Virus record (IMG/VR): IMGVR_UViG_3300033153_003354
Span: 17,383-81,382 of that record
Direction: 5' to 3' (one strand)
DNA length: 64,000 bases
Source of the DNA: a virus
Positions 38,598-48,586 of this stretch are shown piece by piece. The position numbers and the translations under genes are program-made. The stretch's first letter is position 1. Each line of letters begins with the position of its first letter. The notes below the pieces were generated by a model. It did not search any database, was not told the origin of the DNA, and saw nothing but the letters and a program-made list of their open reading frames with translations.

Positions 38598-41569
38598 ATC
38601 CCCAAACCCGACATGTAAATGCGGAAAACACATGAAGGTAGAAATGTATTTACATGAAAAACCCAATCAAATAACTAGAATTGTGTGGAAATGTAAATGT
38701 GGTTTAGCAACCAAAGAAGATAGAGATGAATATATTGAACGAATTAACAAAATTATAGATGAACAAATGGTGAGATCATGAACGAAGGAGATATTAAAAT
38801 AGAACAGGTGTCAAATGGATTTATAGTATCGTATATGTGTGTAGATTGTGAAGAAATTCCTTATGTTAGAAAAGAATTGTTCACCGATGATAAAGATGAA
38901 TATACCAAAAATCTACCAGAAGACAACATCTCTGGATACAAATTATTACATGCTATAATGGAGCATTTTTGTTTTGGTGGATCCAAGCACGATAAAGCAC
39001 GAATACAAATAGAAATTGAACAACTGGAGAGTGAATAAAATGACAGAAGAATATAAATCAAGTGTATATTTAGAAGAAACAGAAAGAGACGCTGCTACAG
39101 GAATGATAATGAAACAAAAAGCATGTGTTTTGAAAGGTCAAGAAGATACTAAAAAACTTCTTAAAATGGCCAAGAAAGAGATAAAATGGAAGTGATATAA
39201 TGTGGCCGTTTAGTAAGAAAGAAAAAAAGGAAACTCGACAAATGTTCAGTGATAGAAAAGATAAAGAAGATAAACCAAAGAAAGACAAAATCACTGGTAA
39301 TTATGTTAAATTTAGTGTTGAAACAGCAAAAGTTAATCCAGATATGATCTTGGATGCTTATAAAAAACTGATAGATGAAATTACTAATAAAATTTTAAAT
39401 TTGTCTGATGTAAAGAAATTTAAAATGTGTATTTCCTCTGAAAATTTTGATGAAATAAAACAATTAATGGAAAATCCAAATGAAGATGATAATCAAGATA
39501 TAAACGAAAATGACGGATTTATAAAATGTTATATTGATGTTTCTAAATTTATATATTCTAAAAAAGCTAACCACAATGGATATGGTGGTATGTATTTTAC
39601 TAATATAACAGCAGATAGAATAAAACAACTGATAGACGATGAAACAACATACAAAGCAATTGAAATAAATAAATTAATTGTTAAATTAAAAAATGTAGAG
39701 AAAGAAAAAGAATGGTTTTATAATACATATAAAAGGTGGTAAGTATGGTAAATACTGATGAATTTAATTATCTGATAGATGGAATTTATTTGGCTTTTGA
39801 CGAAGAAGGTAGTGTCTACTTCAGATGTGATTGTAAAATGCCCGAAACTAGATTGTGCCAATCCTGCCAATTAAAGATCGGTAGATTTTTAGGTAATGGA
39901 ATTCATTTCTATGGGAGAGAATAGGAGGAGAAATAAAATGACAGAAGAAACAAGTGAAACAATTAATACCGAAGATAGATGTAAAACATGTGGATTGCTG
40001 AAATATTACATAGGAGATGCCACAGATTCTCAAATTTTATGTCAGTGTAACACAACCAATCTTGGGTGGATATGTCCCGTTTGTGGAGCTGATAATTCTC
40101 CTTGGACATCAACATGTCCATGTGTAACAGTTACTAATTATTCATGGTCATACATAGATGGTACTTGGTATCAAGAATAGGAGAGATAATATGGATGAAG
40201 ATAGAGATAAAATCAGAGAATACAGAAAAATACCAGTAAAGATACACGCAGTTCGATGGAATGGACAGAATCTTGATGAAGTTAAAAAACTCAATACTCT
40301 TGGAAGGAAAATTAAAAGAATGATGGGTCAGGATGGAATTTTGTTAATTGAAACCCTTGAAGGAATACATGAATGTAAAAAGGAAATTGGGTGATCCGAG
40401 GAGTGGCAGGAGAAATCTATCCTTGTAGAGATGATATTTTCAAGAAAACATATAATTTGGTGACTTAATGACTGAAAAAAGTGATACTAAAATATGGGAG
40501 ATAAAACAAAACATCATTGCTACTTATTGTAGAATTTTTAATAAATGTAATGGGTGTAGAGGTAGTGGCATATACAAACACTTATTATATGGTAAAAAAA
40601 CATGTCCTCGTTGTGGAGGTAAAGGATGATAAAATGACTAAAATTTGCACACGATGTAAGAAAGAACGTGGTCCAGTGATATTAGATAATAATGCTCTAT
40701 CAATTGCCTATCATTTAGATTTTATGGAAGATAATCCAAAGGAATTGTGCATAGATTGTTGGTTGAAGGATCGTGAATAAAATGACAATACAAACACAAA
40801 AACTAATAGACAAGATCGAGGACAAATTAAAATCATTCTTTTCATATTTAAAAGAAAAATGGAATGATAAATGGTATTCATTCAATCATTGGACAAGAAT
40901 GCTGGAAAGAAATTATCCATATACTTCATTACTTACCTTAATAGGCATAGCTATTGTTTTATCAATTATATTTTGGGTGACCTTATGAGGTGAATAAAAT
41001 GGATGTATATATACCATATGAAAAGACTGTCAAGGAAATAAAAGCACCAACAGACGAAAGTGTGAAATTATTGAATGAAATGTCAGAGGAAGTTATTAAG
41101 AATATTATGCATGAATATAAAGTAGAAAATACGAATATTGATACTGCTATTCTTATCCATGATGATCCAAAGAGAAGAATGAAAGTTGTTGTCCTGAAAA
41201 TTGTTGTAAATGGAGAAGAAAGAATATATTCAACTGGAATGAATGACGTTAGTATCATTGAAGAGGGTGTTGAGATCTTTCAACTTGCTATATTTGATTT
41301 GGTTAAGGATGCTGTCACAGATATTGTCAGTGGATTGGTAGTGGAAAACATGACTGAATATAATAAATTATTTAAGAGGTTTTAAAATGAATGAAGAAGA
41401 CAAACGATTTTTTAAAATAATTGATGATATGAGTGATGTAAAACTCACCGACTTGCAAAAAGAGCAGATATTGGAGATGGGCAAACGAGAGGAGCGAAAG
41501 CTGGTTTTCATGAGAAGAGGACCAATGCGGTGGATGAACATAGGAGGAAAAAAGAATGACCGATTTTAA
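38566..41569 (+). CDS. Cluster of small hypothetical and Zn-ribbon genes (38566, 38778, 39200, 39736, 39896, 40773, 40990, 41387 and shorter ORFs)
   Basis: Tightly packed plus-strand ORFs with GGAG/GGTGA RBSs and many CxxC pairs. Confidence 0.55.
40191..40468 (+). pseudogene. Conserved small phage protein (YRK-x-PV...IETLEG...W-x-I-x-G..GE-x-YPC..DIF..TY family) broken by a -1 shift in an A5 run
   Basis: The frame after 40377-40381 continues GNWVIRGVAGEIYPCRDDIFKKTY*. Confidence 0.75.
40468..40629 (+). CDS. DnaJ-type zinc-finger micro-protein (53 aa)
   Basis: CNGCRGSG and CPRCGGKG (two CxxCxGxG motifs). Confidence 0.7.
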   Translation: MTEKSDTKIWEIKQNIIATYCRIFNKCNGCRGSGIYKHLLYGKKTCPRCGGKG

Positions 41570-42301
41570 CCTGAAGTGCGAGAAGGCGTTTGAGTATTTG
41601 TTGCCAGATAGGGATAGGTGGTTTGACGGTGATAAATTCATTATGAAAAGCCACCCGAACAAGGTCAATACATTCTGCACGGAATGTGATTCAAAAAATA
41701 TACCAATGAATGATAGTGAATGGGTATACATTTTCACACAGGAACAGTTGCAGGAGATGGCATTTAATCATTATTCCAAAATGTATCCAAGATGGGAAAA
41801 AGAAGCAATATTTGACCTTGTATTAGTTATGTTTAGAAAATTTACTGAAAGATTAGATACTGGTCATATTCACAATTGGAATAAGATGTGGTTATGTTTT
41901 GTTATGGAAATTATACATGGAAAATCATGGTCATGCGAGAAGGAGGATTGGATATGAGTGATTTTAATATGATGATGGATAAGGCGTATGAATATCTGGG
42001 TTTATGTGAGGACAAAACACTCATGAGTACGGAGCCACTAACACAACAGAGGATAGATGAATGGGCGAGGAGTATATTCGAAAAAAGATATGGTGGAAAA
42101 TACACCCAAGAGCAGTTGCAAGATATGGTAATGGATAAGAAAGGTTGGAACTCATATACAACGCTGAATTATTTCATTGATTTCATGTCTATACAATCTG
42201 CATCAATGATAATATCTGAAATGTGGTTACGATTTGCTATGTATGTTCTTCACAGGAAACAATGGTCAGATGAAAAGGGAGATTGGATATGCAACACATA
42301 G
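41556..42301 (+). CDS. Two tandem paralogous hypothetical proteins (41556-41957 and about 41954-42301)
   Basis: Shared M-x-DFN...KA-x-EYL, TQEQLQ-x-M and MWL-x-F-x-M...H-x-K-x-WS-x-EK-x-DWI. Confidence 0.75.
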
Positions 42302-42512
42302 ATCAAGAAACTGGATGGAGCATCGAGGATATAACCTATGGTGGTATTGTATGGAGAGTTATAACATCAAATAACCAACCAAGAGGATTCATTTTTCGAC
42401 CTACCAAAGATGTGCCTTTTGCATATCGACCAGGAAGTGAATACGAATTATTGCAAGAAGAAGATTTGATTGCTATATCCAAACTGTTTAAATTTGTTAA
42501 TGGGATGATAAA

Positions 42513-44657
42513 ATGAAAAGTGAATATTTAATTGGTGATGCCAAAGATGTGTTGAAAACACTACCAGATAAACATTTTCAGTGTGTTGTTACAAGTCCTC
42601 CTTATTGGGGGTTGCGATCATATTTGCCCGATGATGATGCAGAGAAAAAGAACGAACTTGGTACTGAACAAACACCAGAAGAATATGTTGCCAACCTAGT
42701 TGATGTTTTTCGTGAAGTAAAAAGGGTGTTACGTGACGATGGAAATGTTTGGTTGAACCTGGGCGATAGTTATGCTTCATCTGCTACTGGATCATTTAAT
42801 GGAGGAGGATTCAAAGATTCTTCTGCAAAATCGGGTGGTAGAAATTTATCTGGAGTAGAATCAAGTGGAAAAATGGATAAATTAAAAGCAAGTGGACTCA
42901 AACCAAAAGATTTGGTTGGAATCCCGTGGCGTGTCGCATTTGCACTTCAGCAGGACGGTTGGTGGTTACGCCAGGATATAATATGGTGTCTATCAGGAGG
43001 AACCTATCTATACGTCAAATCACAGAAGGGAATCATGCCGATGACGGTGAAAGATTTATACCGACTCGATTTGACAAAATGTCAATTATGGAACGGTGAT
43101 AAATGGACTAATATACTCGGTATGAACAAATCTAAACGAAAAGGCGATGAGTTGGAAATGGTTTTACGAAGCGGAGAAAGAATATCATGTACACCAAATC
43201 ATAAATTCCCAACCGAAAGAGGAAATATAGAAGCATTGGAAATCGAAATTGGGGATGTAATTGAATCTGTTATGTTGCCCGATGGGAACACACCAGAATA
43301 TATCAATGCTGAAATGGCATGGTTTATTGGCATCTATTTGGCGGAAGGGTCTAAAAGCGGAAGTGCGTTGCAGATAGCGGGACATGTCAAAGAAAAAACT
43401 CGGTGGGAACGCATACAGCAAATGGTGAAGTATTATGGGGGCTCTTGTACCCGTACAATATCCGGCAATAAAATGGACATCCGGGTTTATGGTAGAATCA
43501 TTCATGCTATCATAACTGAACATATTTCTGGAAGAATAGCAAAGAACAAAGGACTGTCTAATAAATGTTGGCAATACGATAACAAGTTTTTGGATAACTT
43601 ACTAACTGGGTATCTGGAAGGTGACGGTCATTGGGACAAGGAAAATAAAAGGTGGCGACTCGGATTCACACGAAACTATAATCTTGAACGTGATTTGAGA
43701 TCGTTGTCTGCAAGGCTGGGATATTCCATAACATTAAAACCCAACATATCGGAAAATACCGTAACAGGGAAAAAACACCCATCATTCAGAGGCGAAATTA
43801 GGAAAACCGTATCTAATCACCACAATAATAAATCAAGAAATGAAGTGGTTGAAATTCGTAAAGCAAGATGTAGGTATGTGTATGACTTGGGTGTTGAGGA
43901 TTACCCACATACATTTTCGTTGGCAAGTGGTATATTAACACACAACTCAAAGCCCAATCCTATGCCAGAAAGTGTTACCGACAGATGCACAAAATCCCAC
44001 GAATACGTCTTTTTGTTGACTAAATCGGCAAGATATTATTACGATTCTGATGCAATAAGGGAAAACCACGACCACCCATCAATAAATCATAAATCGGATA
44101 GAAAAACCACTGAACAAGAAAAATCGTTCATCGGAAAAGCACCAACAAATTTAGGTAGATGTGGTAACAACCCAAACGGCAGAAACAAACGCTCGGTGTG
44201 GACAATTAATACAAAACCGTATAAGGAAGCTCATTTCGCAGTATTTCCGCCAGAATTACCAGAACTGTGCATAAAAGCTGGAACAAGTGCCAAAGGACAA
44301 TGCTCGAAATGTGGAAATCCTTGGATTAGAGAAATTGAGAAAATACAAACCAACAAAAGCAACGAAAAAGGTATAACTGAAATGATAGAAAAAGGTGTTC
44401 CAAGACAAAAAGCAAATTTATATGTTACACAAAAAAGAGGAACAAATAAAACAATCGGATGGAAACCAACATGTGATTGCAATGCAAAAATCGTACCACA
44501 AATCGTTCTAGATCCCTTTGCCGGAAGTGGGACAACAATTATGGTTGCAAAGGAACTTGGCAGACATGGTATTGGAATTGATCTCAATGATAAATATCGT
44601 GAAATTGCTGTCCGAAGATGTAATTTAGATGTTGAATCAGTGGAGGATTTCTTTTGA
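42513..44657 (+). CDS. N4/N6 DNA methyltransferase (beta-class) containing an intein
   Basis: VTSPPY catalytic motif, HFAVFP, LDPFAGSGTT SAM-binding motif; Zn-ribbon insertion CSKC...CDC. Confidence 0.95.
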   Translation: MKSEYLIGDAKDVLKTLPDKHFQCVVTSPPYWGLRSYLPDDDAEKKNELGTEQTPEEYVANLVDVFREVKRVLRDDGNVWLNLGDSYASSATGSFNGGGFKDSSAKSGGRNLSGVESSGKMDKLKASGLKPKDLVGIPWRVAFALQQDGWWLRQDIIWCLSGGTYLYVKSQKGIMPMTVKDLYRLDLTKCQLWNGDKWTNILGMNKSKRKGDELEMVLRSGERISCTPNHKFPTERGNIEALEIEIGDVIESVMLPDGNTPEYINAEMAWFIGIYLAEGSKSGSALQIAGHVKEKTRWERIQQMVKYYGGSCTRTISGNKMDIRVYGRIIHAIITEHISGRIAKNKGLSNKCWQYDNKFLDNLLTGYLEGDGHWDKENKRWRLGFTRNYNLERDLRSLSARLGYSITLKPNISENTVTGKKHPSFRGEIRKTVSNHHNNKSRNEVVEIRKARCRYVYDLGVEDYPHTFSLASGILTHNSKPNPMPESVTDRCTKSHEYVFLLTKSARYYYDSDAIRENHDHPSINHKSDRKTTEQEKSFIGKAPTNLGRCGNNPNGRNKRSVWTINTKPYKEAHFAVFPPELPELCIKAGTSAKGQCSKCGNPWIREIEKIQTNKSNEKGITEMIEKGVPRQKANLYVTQKRGTNKTIGWKPTCDCNAKIVPQIVLDPFAGSGTTIMVAKELGRHGIGIDLNDKYREIAVRRCNLDVESVEDFF
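42987..43946 (+). mobile_element. Intein with LAGLIDADG homing endonuclease (320 aa)
   Basis: IIW|CLSGGT N-terminal junction, CTPNH block B, YLAEGS and YLEGDG LAGLIDADG motifs, VYDLGV...ILTHN|S C-terminal junction. Confidence 0.95.
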
Positions 44658-44682
44658 AAATAATAGAATTATTTAATATAAG

Positions 44683-45642
44683 GTGAAAATGAAAGTTCTT
44701 TTGATACAAATTGATGGGAAACTCCCAAATCTAGCCCTTATGAAGTTATCACAATACCATAAAGATCGTGGTGATATAGTTGTTCTTGAAAAATATAATC
44801 GTGCTCCAGGATGGGATATTCATAACCCAGATATGGTATATATTTCTTGTATTTGGAAAGAAAATCGTTTAGGTGCATTGGATGCACGAGATTTTTACCA
44901 ACAACGTGGGATAAAAACAATCATTGGTGGATCCGGTGTTGATTTAACTACAAAACTTGATCCAGACATTGAAAGATTGAAACCCGACTATTCATTATAT
45001 CCAGACAACGACAAATCAATGGGCTTTACAACGAGAGGGTGCATAAGGAAATGTGGTTTTTGTATAGTGCCAAAGAAAGAGGGCAAGATATGTAAATGGC
45101 AACATCCGAGAGAGTTTCATAACGAGGACTTTAACAAGATAACTTTACTTGATAGTAATGGTTATGCTATGAAAGATTGGTTCTTTGAGGTTACAGATTG
45201 GTATATGGAACAAGGATTAAAAATCGCTTACAATCAAGGGTTTGATATTAGGATATTGACAGAAGAAATCGCAGGAAGATTGGCAGATTTAAAATATTAT
45301 GAAACCTTACATTTTGCCTTTGATGGTATGGAGTATGAAGAAAAGGTGGTTGATGGTATTCAAATGTTGAAAGATGCAGGGATAAATATAAGATCAATGG
45401 TTCAATTTTTTGTATTGGTAGGTTACAATACCACCAAAGATGAAGATAAATATAGATGTCGATTATTGAAGGAATTAGGTACTGGTGCGTATGTCATGAG
45501 ATATAAAACCACTCCTTGGACAAAGAAAATATATCGTTGGGCTAACAGAAAAGAATTGTTTTGGTCTATTGATATAGATGATTACGATAGAAATCCAAAA
45601 CCAATTATCCCAGAAGCAGATAGTATAATGGAATTTATGTAA
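44683..45642 (+). CDS. Radical SAM protein with Rossmann/B12-binding-like N-terminus
   Basis: TRGCIRKCGFC (CxxxCxxC); PNLALMKLS and IGGSG N-terminal motifs; FVLVGY. Confidence 0.9.
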   Translation: MKMKVLLIQIDGKLPNLALMKLSQYHKDRGDIVVLEKYNRAPGWDIHNPDMVYISCIWKENRLGALDARDFYQQRGIKTIIGGSGVDLTTKLDPDIERLKPDYSLYPDNDKSMGFTTRGCIRKCGFCIVPKKEGKICKWQHPREFHNEDFNKITLLDSNGYAMKDWFFEVTDWYMEQGLKIAYNQGFDIRILTEEIAGRLADLKYYETLHFAFDGMEYEEKVVDGIQMLKDAGINIRSMVQFFVLVGYNTTKDEDKYRCRLLKELGTGAYVMRYKTTPWTKKIYRWANRKELFWSIDIDDYDRNPKPIIPEADSIMEFM

Positions 45643-45723
45643 TTTGATTTATAGATTTGAAAAACCTACAAAACAACATAAAAGTATAAATAGAAGTTAA
45701 CCAATGATGAATTAGGTGAGAAA

Positions 45724-46044
45724 ATGACTAAAAAAGTAATTGAAGGTATATTTTGCAACATGTGTGGTCGTTTTATTAAATATACATATGATAAATATAC
45801 AAAATCTTCAGAATGTATAGGATGTGGAAAACATCTATGTGAAAAGTGTACTTGTGAGATCAATGTAACAACAATCAAAAGACATTGGAAAGAATCTACT
45901 GGTACACTGCCTTATGGAGCTGGTGGTACAATAACATCACCATTTAGAGAGATAAAAATATGTGAAGATTGTCTTCCTAGTGACAACGAGGTTTTGGATG
46001 CAATCACTACATATATCAAAGGCGTTGGTGAGAATGATGACTGA
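45724..46044 (+). CDS. Multi-CxxC zinc-finger protein
   Basis: Four CxxC pairs; AGGTGA RBS. Confidence 0.65.
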   Translation: MTKKVIEGIFCNMCGRFIKYTYDKYTKSSECIGCGKHLCEKCTCEINVTTIKRHWKESTGTLPYGAGGTITSPFREIKICEDCLPSDNEVLDAITTYIKGVGENDD

Positions 46045-46231
46045 AGATTGTAAATCATCTCTTAATAAATTTATTCGCAAACTTACTCATAGACCACTCC
46101 TTACCTATGTAAATATATAAAAGAGTTACTTCACACGTAAGGAGAAATTAATCGCCTTGCAAAGTCGAGTAACCCGAAGATGTATAAATATGTTTAGAAA
46201 AGTTTATATAGTTTGACAACATACTTGTTTT

Positions 46232-46301
46232 GATATAACGGGAAACCAACATGTCGCTTGGTTCATTGTTTCACCTCAACTTAATTTTATCCCGTTATGT
46301 C
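46232..46301 (+). ncRNA. Putative small RNA: 12-bp closing stem with an anti-RBS loop
   Basis: TTTATATA at 46203 places the start at G46232; GATATAACGGGA pairs with TCCCGTTATGTC; loop contains CATTGTTTCACCTC. Confidence 0.5.
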
Positions 46302-46622
46302 TACTATATGATCTTGTGAGTTACACCACTAACAAGTGGGTTTTTCAAAAATTGACCTCACGGTTTTTCTAGGGTGACAATGACAAGGAAAAAGCTGTCG
46401 AGAAAAAGTGAATTTAATAATAAGATATTAACATTTAAATAATCTTGGATCGAGAGATTTAATTAACTTCAACTTTCAAGTTCACTTTCACCCTACTTGC
46501 TTCCAAAATGAAGTGGAACTTATTTTTATGTGTTTGACTAGGGATCATCAACCTTGAATTGGAACTTAAAGGATATACTATTATATAGTCACACAGGTAT
46601 AGAGTGGTAGAGGTGTAAAAAA

Positions 46623-47427
46623 ATGTCCAAAGATGAAACCCAATCGAACAACGAAACGATAAATGCAGTGTGCCAGCTGATAGAGAGGATAATGTTGGAG
46701 GGTGATGATCCATTCGCTCCGCATGTATATCTATCCTCATATCCAGAGTTGGCGATATATAATTTATCGGAATCCGAAATAAAAGAGATATGGGAAAAAG
46801 AGGTGATTAAATGAACATAAAAACAACAAAGACAAAGACCGGATACGAGATAAGAGTGAACGGAAAGATCGTATATAGTGACGATATAGAGGAGGAAATT
46901 TAAATTTTCTATTTGTTTTTCAAATAAAAAGAAGAGGTGAAAAAATGGTCGATAGCACATTGGTCGCTCTTGGGATCACGAGTGGAATTATCGGTTCGGC
47001 AATAATATTAAAAGGACCGATAAAAGATTTGTTTTTATCCCTGGGTGAGAATTTAAAACCTACTCCCCCGACACCAGAGATAACAGTCGAATTTAAATCT
47101 CCGGTTGAGATAAAAAACACGGATATAAATTTCTCGACACCGATAGAAATCCATACATACTCGATGCCTAGGAAGAGAGATAAAAATCCAAAACCGGAGA
47201 TAAAAGAATACTTGCTATGAGGTGGAAAAATGAAAAAAATATATAAAAAACTATTGGTCGATGAATGGCAAAAAGAATTCTCGGTTATTGAGGTATCCAA
47301 AGAGTGTTTTGATATTAGCCCAGAAATTGAAACTGTCGGAACGATGATCGGAATAAAAATTTATTCATTGGAGGATTTAAATTTTCGAATGAATATATTG
47401 ATCGAAAAAGGATTCTCTTTATATTGA
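46623..47427 (+). CDS. Small-gene operon (46623-46814, short ORF from 46811, 46945-47220 membrane-anchored, 47230-47427)
   Basis: GAGGTG RBS before each ORF; CpG-richer composition than the flanks. Confidence 0.6.
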
Positions 47428-47522
47428 GGTTAAAAAATAATTATTTTCAAAATTTTTGGATTTTTTCGATCCGCATTAAAATTTTTCAGAAAAAATAAAA
47501 ATAAAAATAAAAATAAATATCG

Positions 47523-47950
47523 AAAAATCTCTACCAATTGACGACCTTTTATATTTCCGAAAAGTTATAAATATATTTCTCTGGAGCTAGAAATCTCTAC
47601 CAATTGAGTCAATTACGTTTTGGTTTAATTATTTGTCGTTCCGATAAAAAATAAACCAAGTTCCAAAAAATCTCTACCAATTGAGGGTGCTGGGACACAA
47701 AAAAGAGGTGATTTTGTCCAACCGAGCTGTGTCCCAGCGAAGTGATACAGGTCTGCCCGGTTTCTTACAGTGTTTCCATCCGTTTGTAAACCACTATATG
47801 ATGCACGTAGTATAAATACTTTCCTACCCCAAAGATGTTTTGCTGGACAAATGTCCAAATAACCACTTGGTTAAGAGTAAAATGACCGATTATAACACCG
47901 AAATAACCACTAAATTAAATTTTCGTCTGGTCAAAATCCCTACCAATTGA
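47523..47950 (+). repeat. Four direct repeats AAATC(T/C)CTACCAATTGA (iteron- or pac-like)
   Basis: Core CTACCAATTGA at 47531, 47597, 47674 and 47940. Confidence 0.85.
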
Positions 47951-48142
47951 ACAATTTAATAATTATATTGTTTTTAATTATCAAAATGTTATTTCACTAT
48001 GATCTCAAATGTAATCCATAGACGGTGTCATAAACTATCCTTAAACCCACCATAACGCCATTCAAATCTTTAAAACGTATCAAACCATACCAAATCATCT
48101 TTGTTGGCCCAGGATTGACTGTTTGATACCTTAAACGGCGTT

Positions 48143-48586
48143 TTAATCATCCTCATCCAGCTCATTATCATCCAAGATGTCATATTTGTCTAACAATGAT
48201 TTGATCTCACCAGTTTCTTCAGCTTCCTTAACCTCTTTGATAGCTTGGCGCACCAAATATTGTACCATTTTCTTACTTGCCCTCTGACTTACCTTCTTTA
48301 CATGGAAGGATCCAACATTTATGTTTATATTTTGTCGTAATTCCAATATCATCTGTATATCTTGGAAGGCAATTGTCTTTCCCGGCATTTTCGCAGCACA
48401 TCCAGCCACATCCTCAACAATCGTATTCACAACCAGGTTGATCGCATCAATAACTTCAGCAGAGATACGTTTGCCACTCCCATCCTTGAGAGCTTTCCGC
48501 ACCAAAGATTTGTTAATCATCATTGGGAGATCCTCTGCTCGTTGCTCGTCCATGCCTTTCTCTAATATCTCAAATACTTCCATCAT
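48143..48586 (-). CDS. Histone-fold protein with acidic tails and a possible second partial fold
   Basis: INKSLVRKALKDGSGKRISAEVIDAIN...AAKMPGKTIAFQDI matches the alpha1-RIS-alpha2-KTI-x-x-x-D histone signature; GGGGTGA RBS; own TATA promoter. Confidence 0.75.
   Translation of the reverse strand: MMEVFEILEKGMDEQRAEDLPMMINKSLVRKALKDGSGKRISAEVIDAINLVVNTIVEDVAGCAAKMPGKTIAFQDIQMILELRQNININVGSFHVKKVSQRASKKMVQYLVRQAIKEVKEAEETGEIKSLLDKYDILDDNELDEDD

Noticed and set aside
47493-47517. (AAAAAT)n tract as a separate functional repeat
   Set aside because: Low-complexity sequence; at most part of an AT-rich unwinding or terminator region
47523-47950. Mini-CRISPR array
   Set aside because: Repeats are only about 17 bp and spacings are irregular (66, 77, 266 bp); iterons fit better
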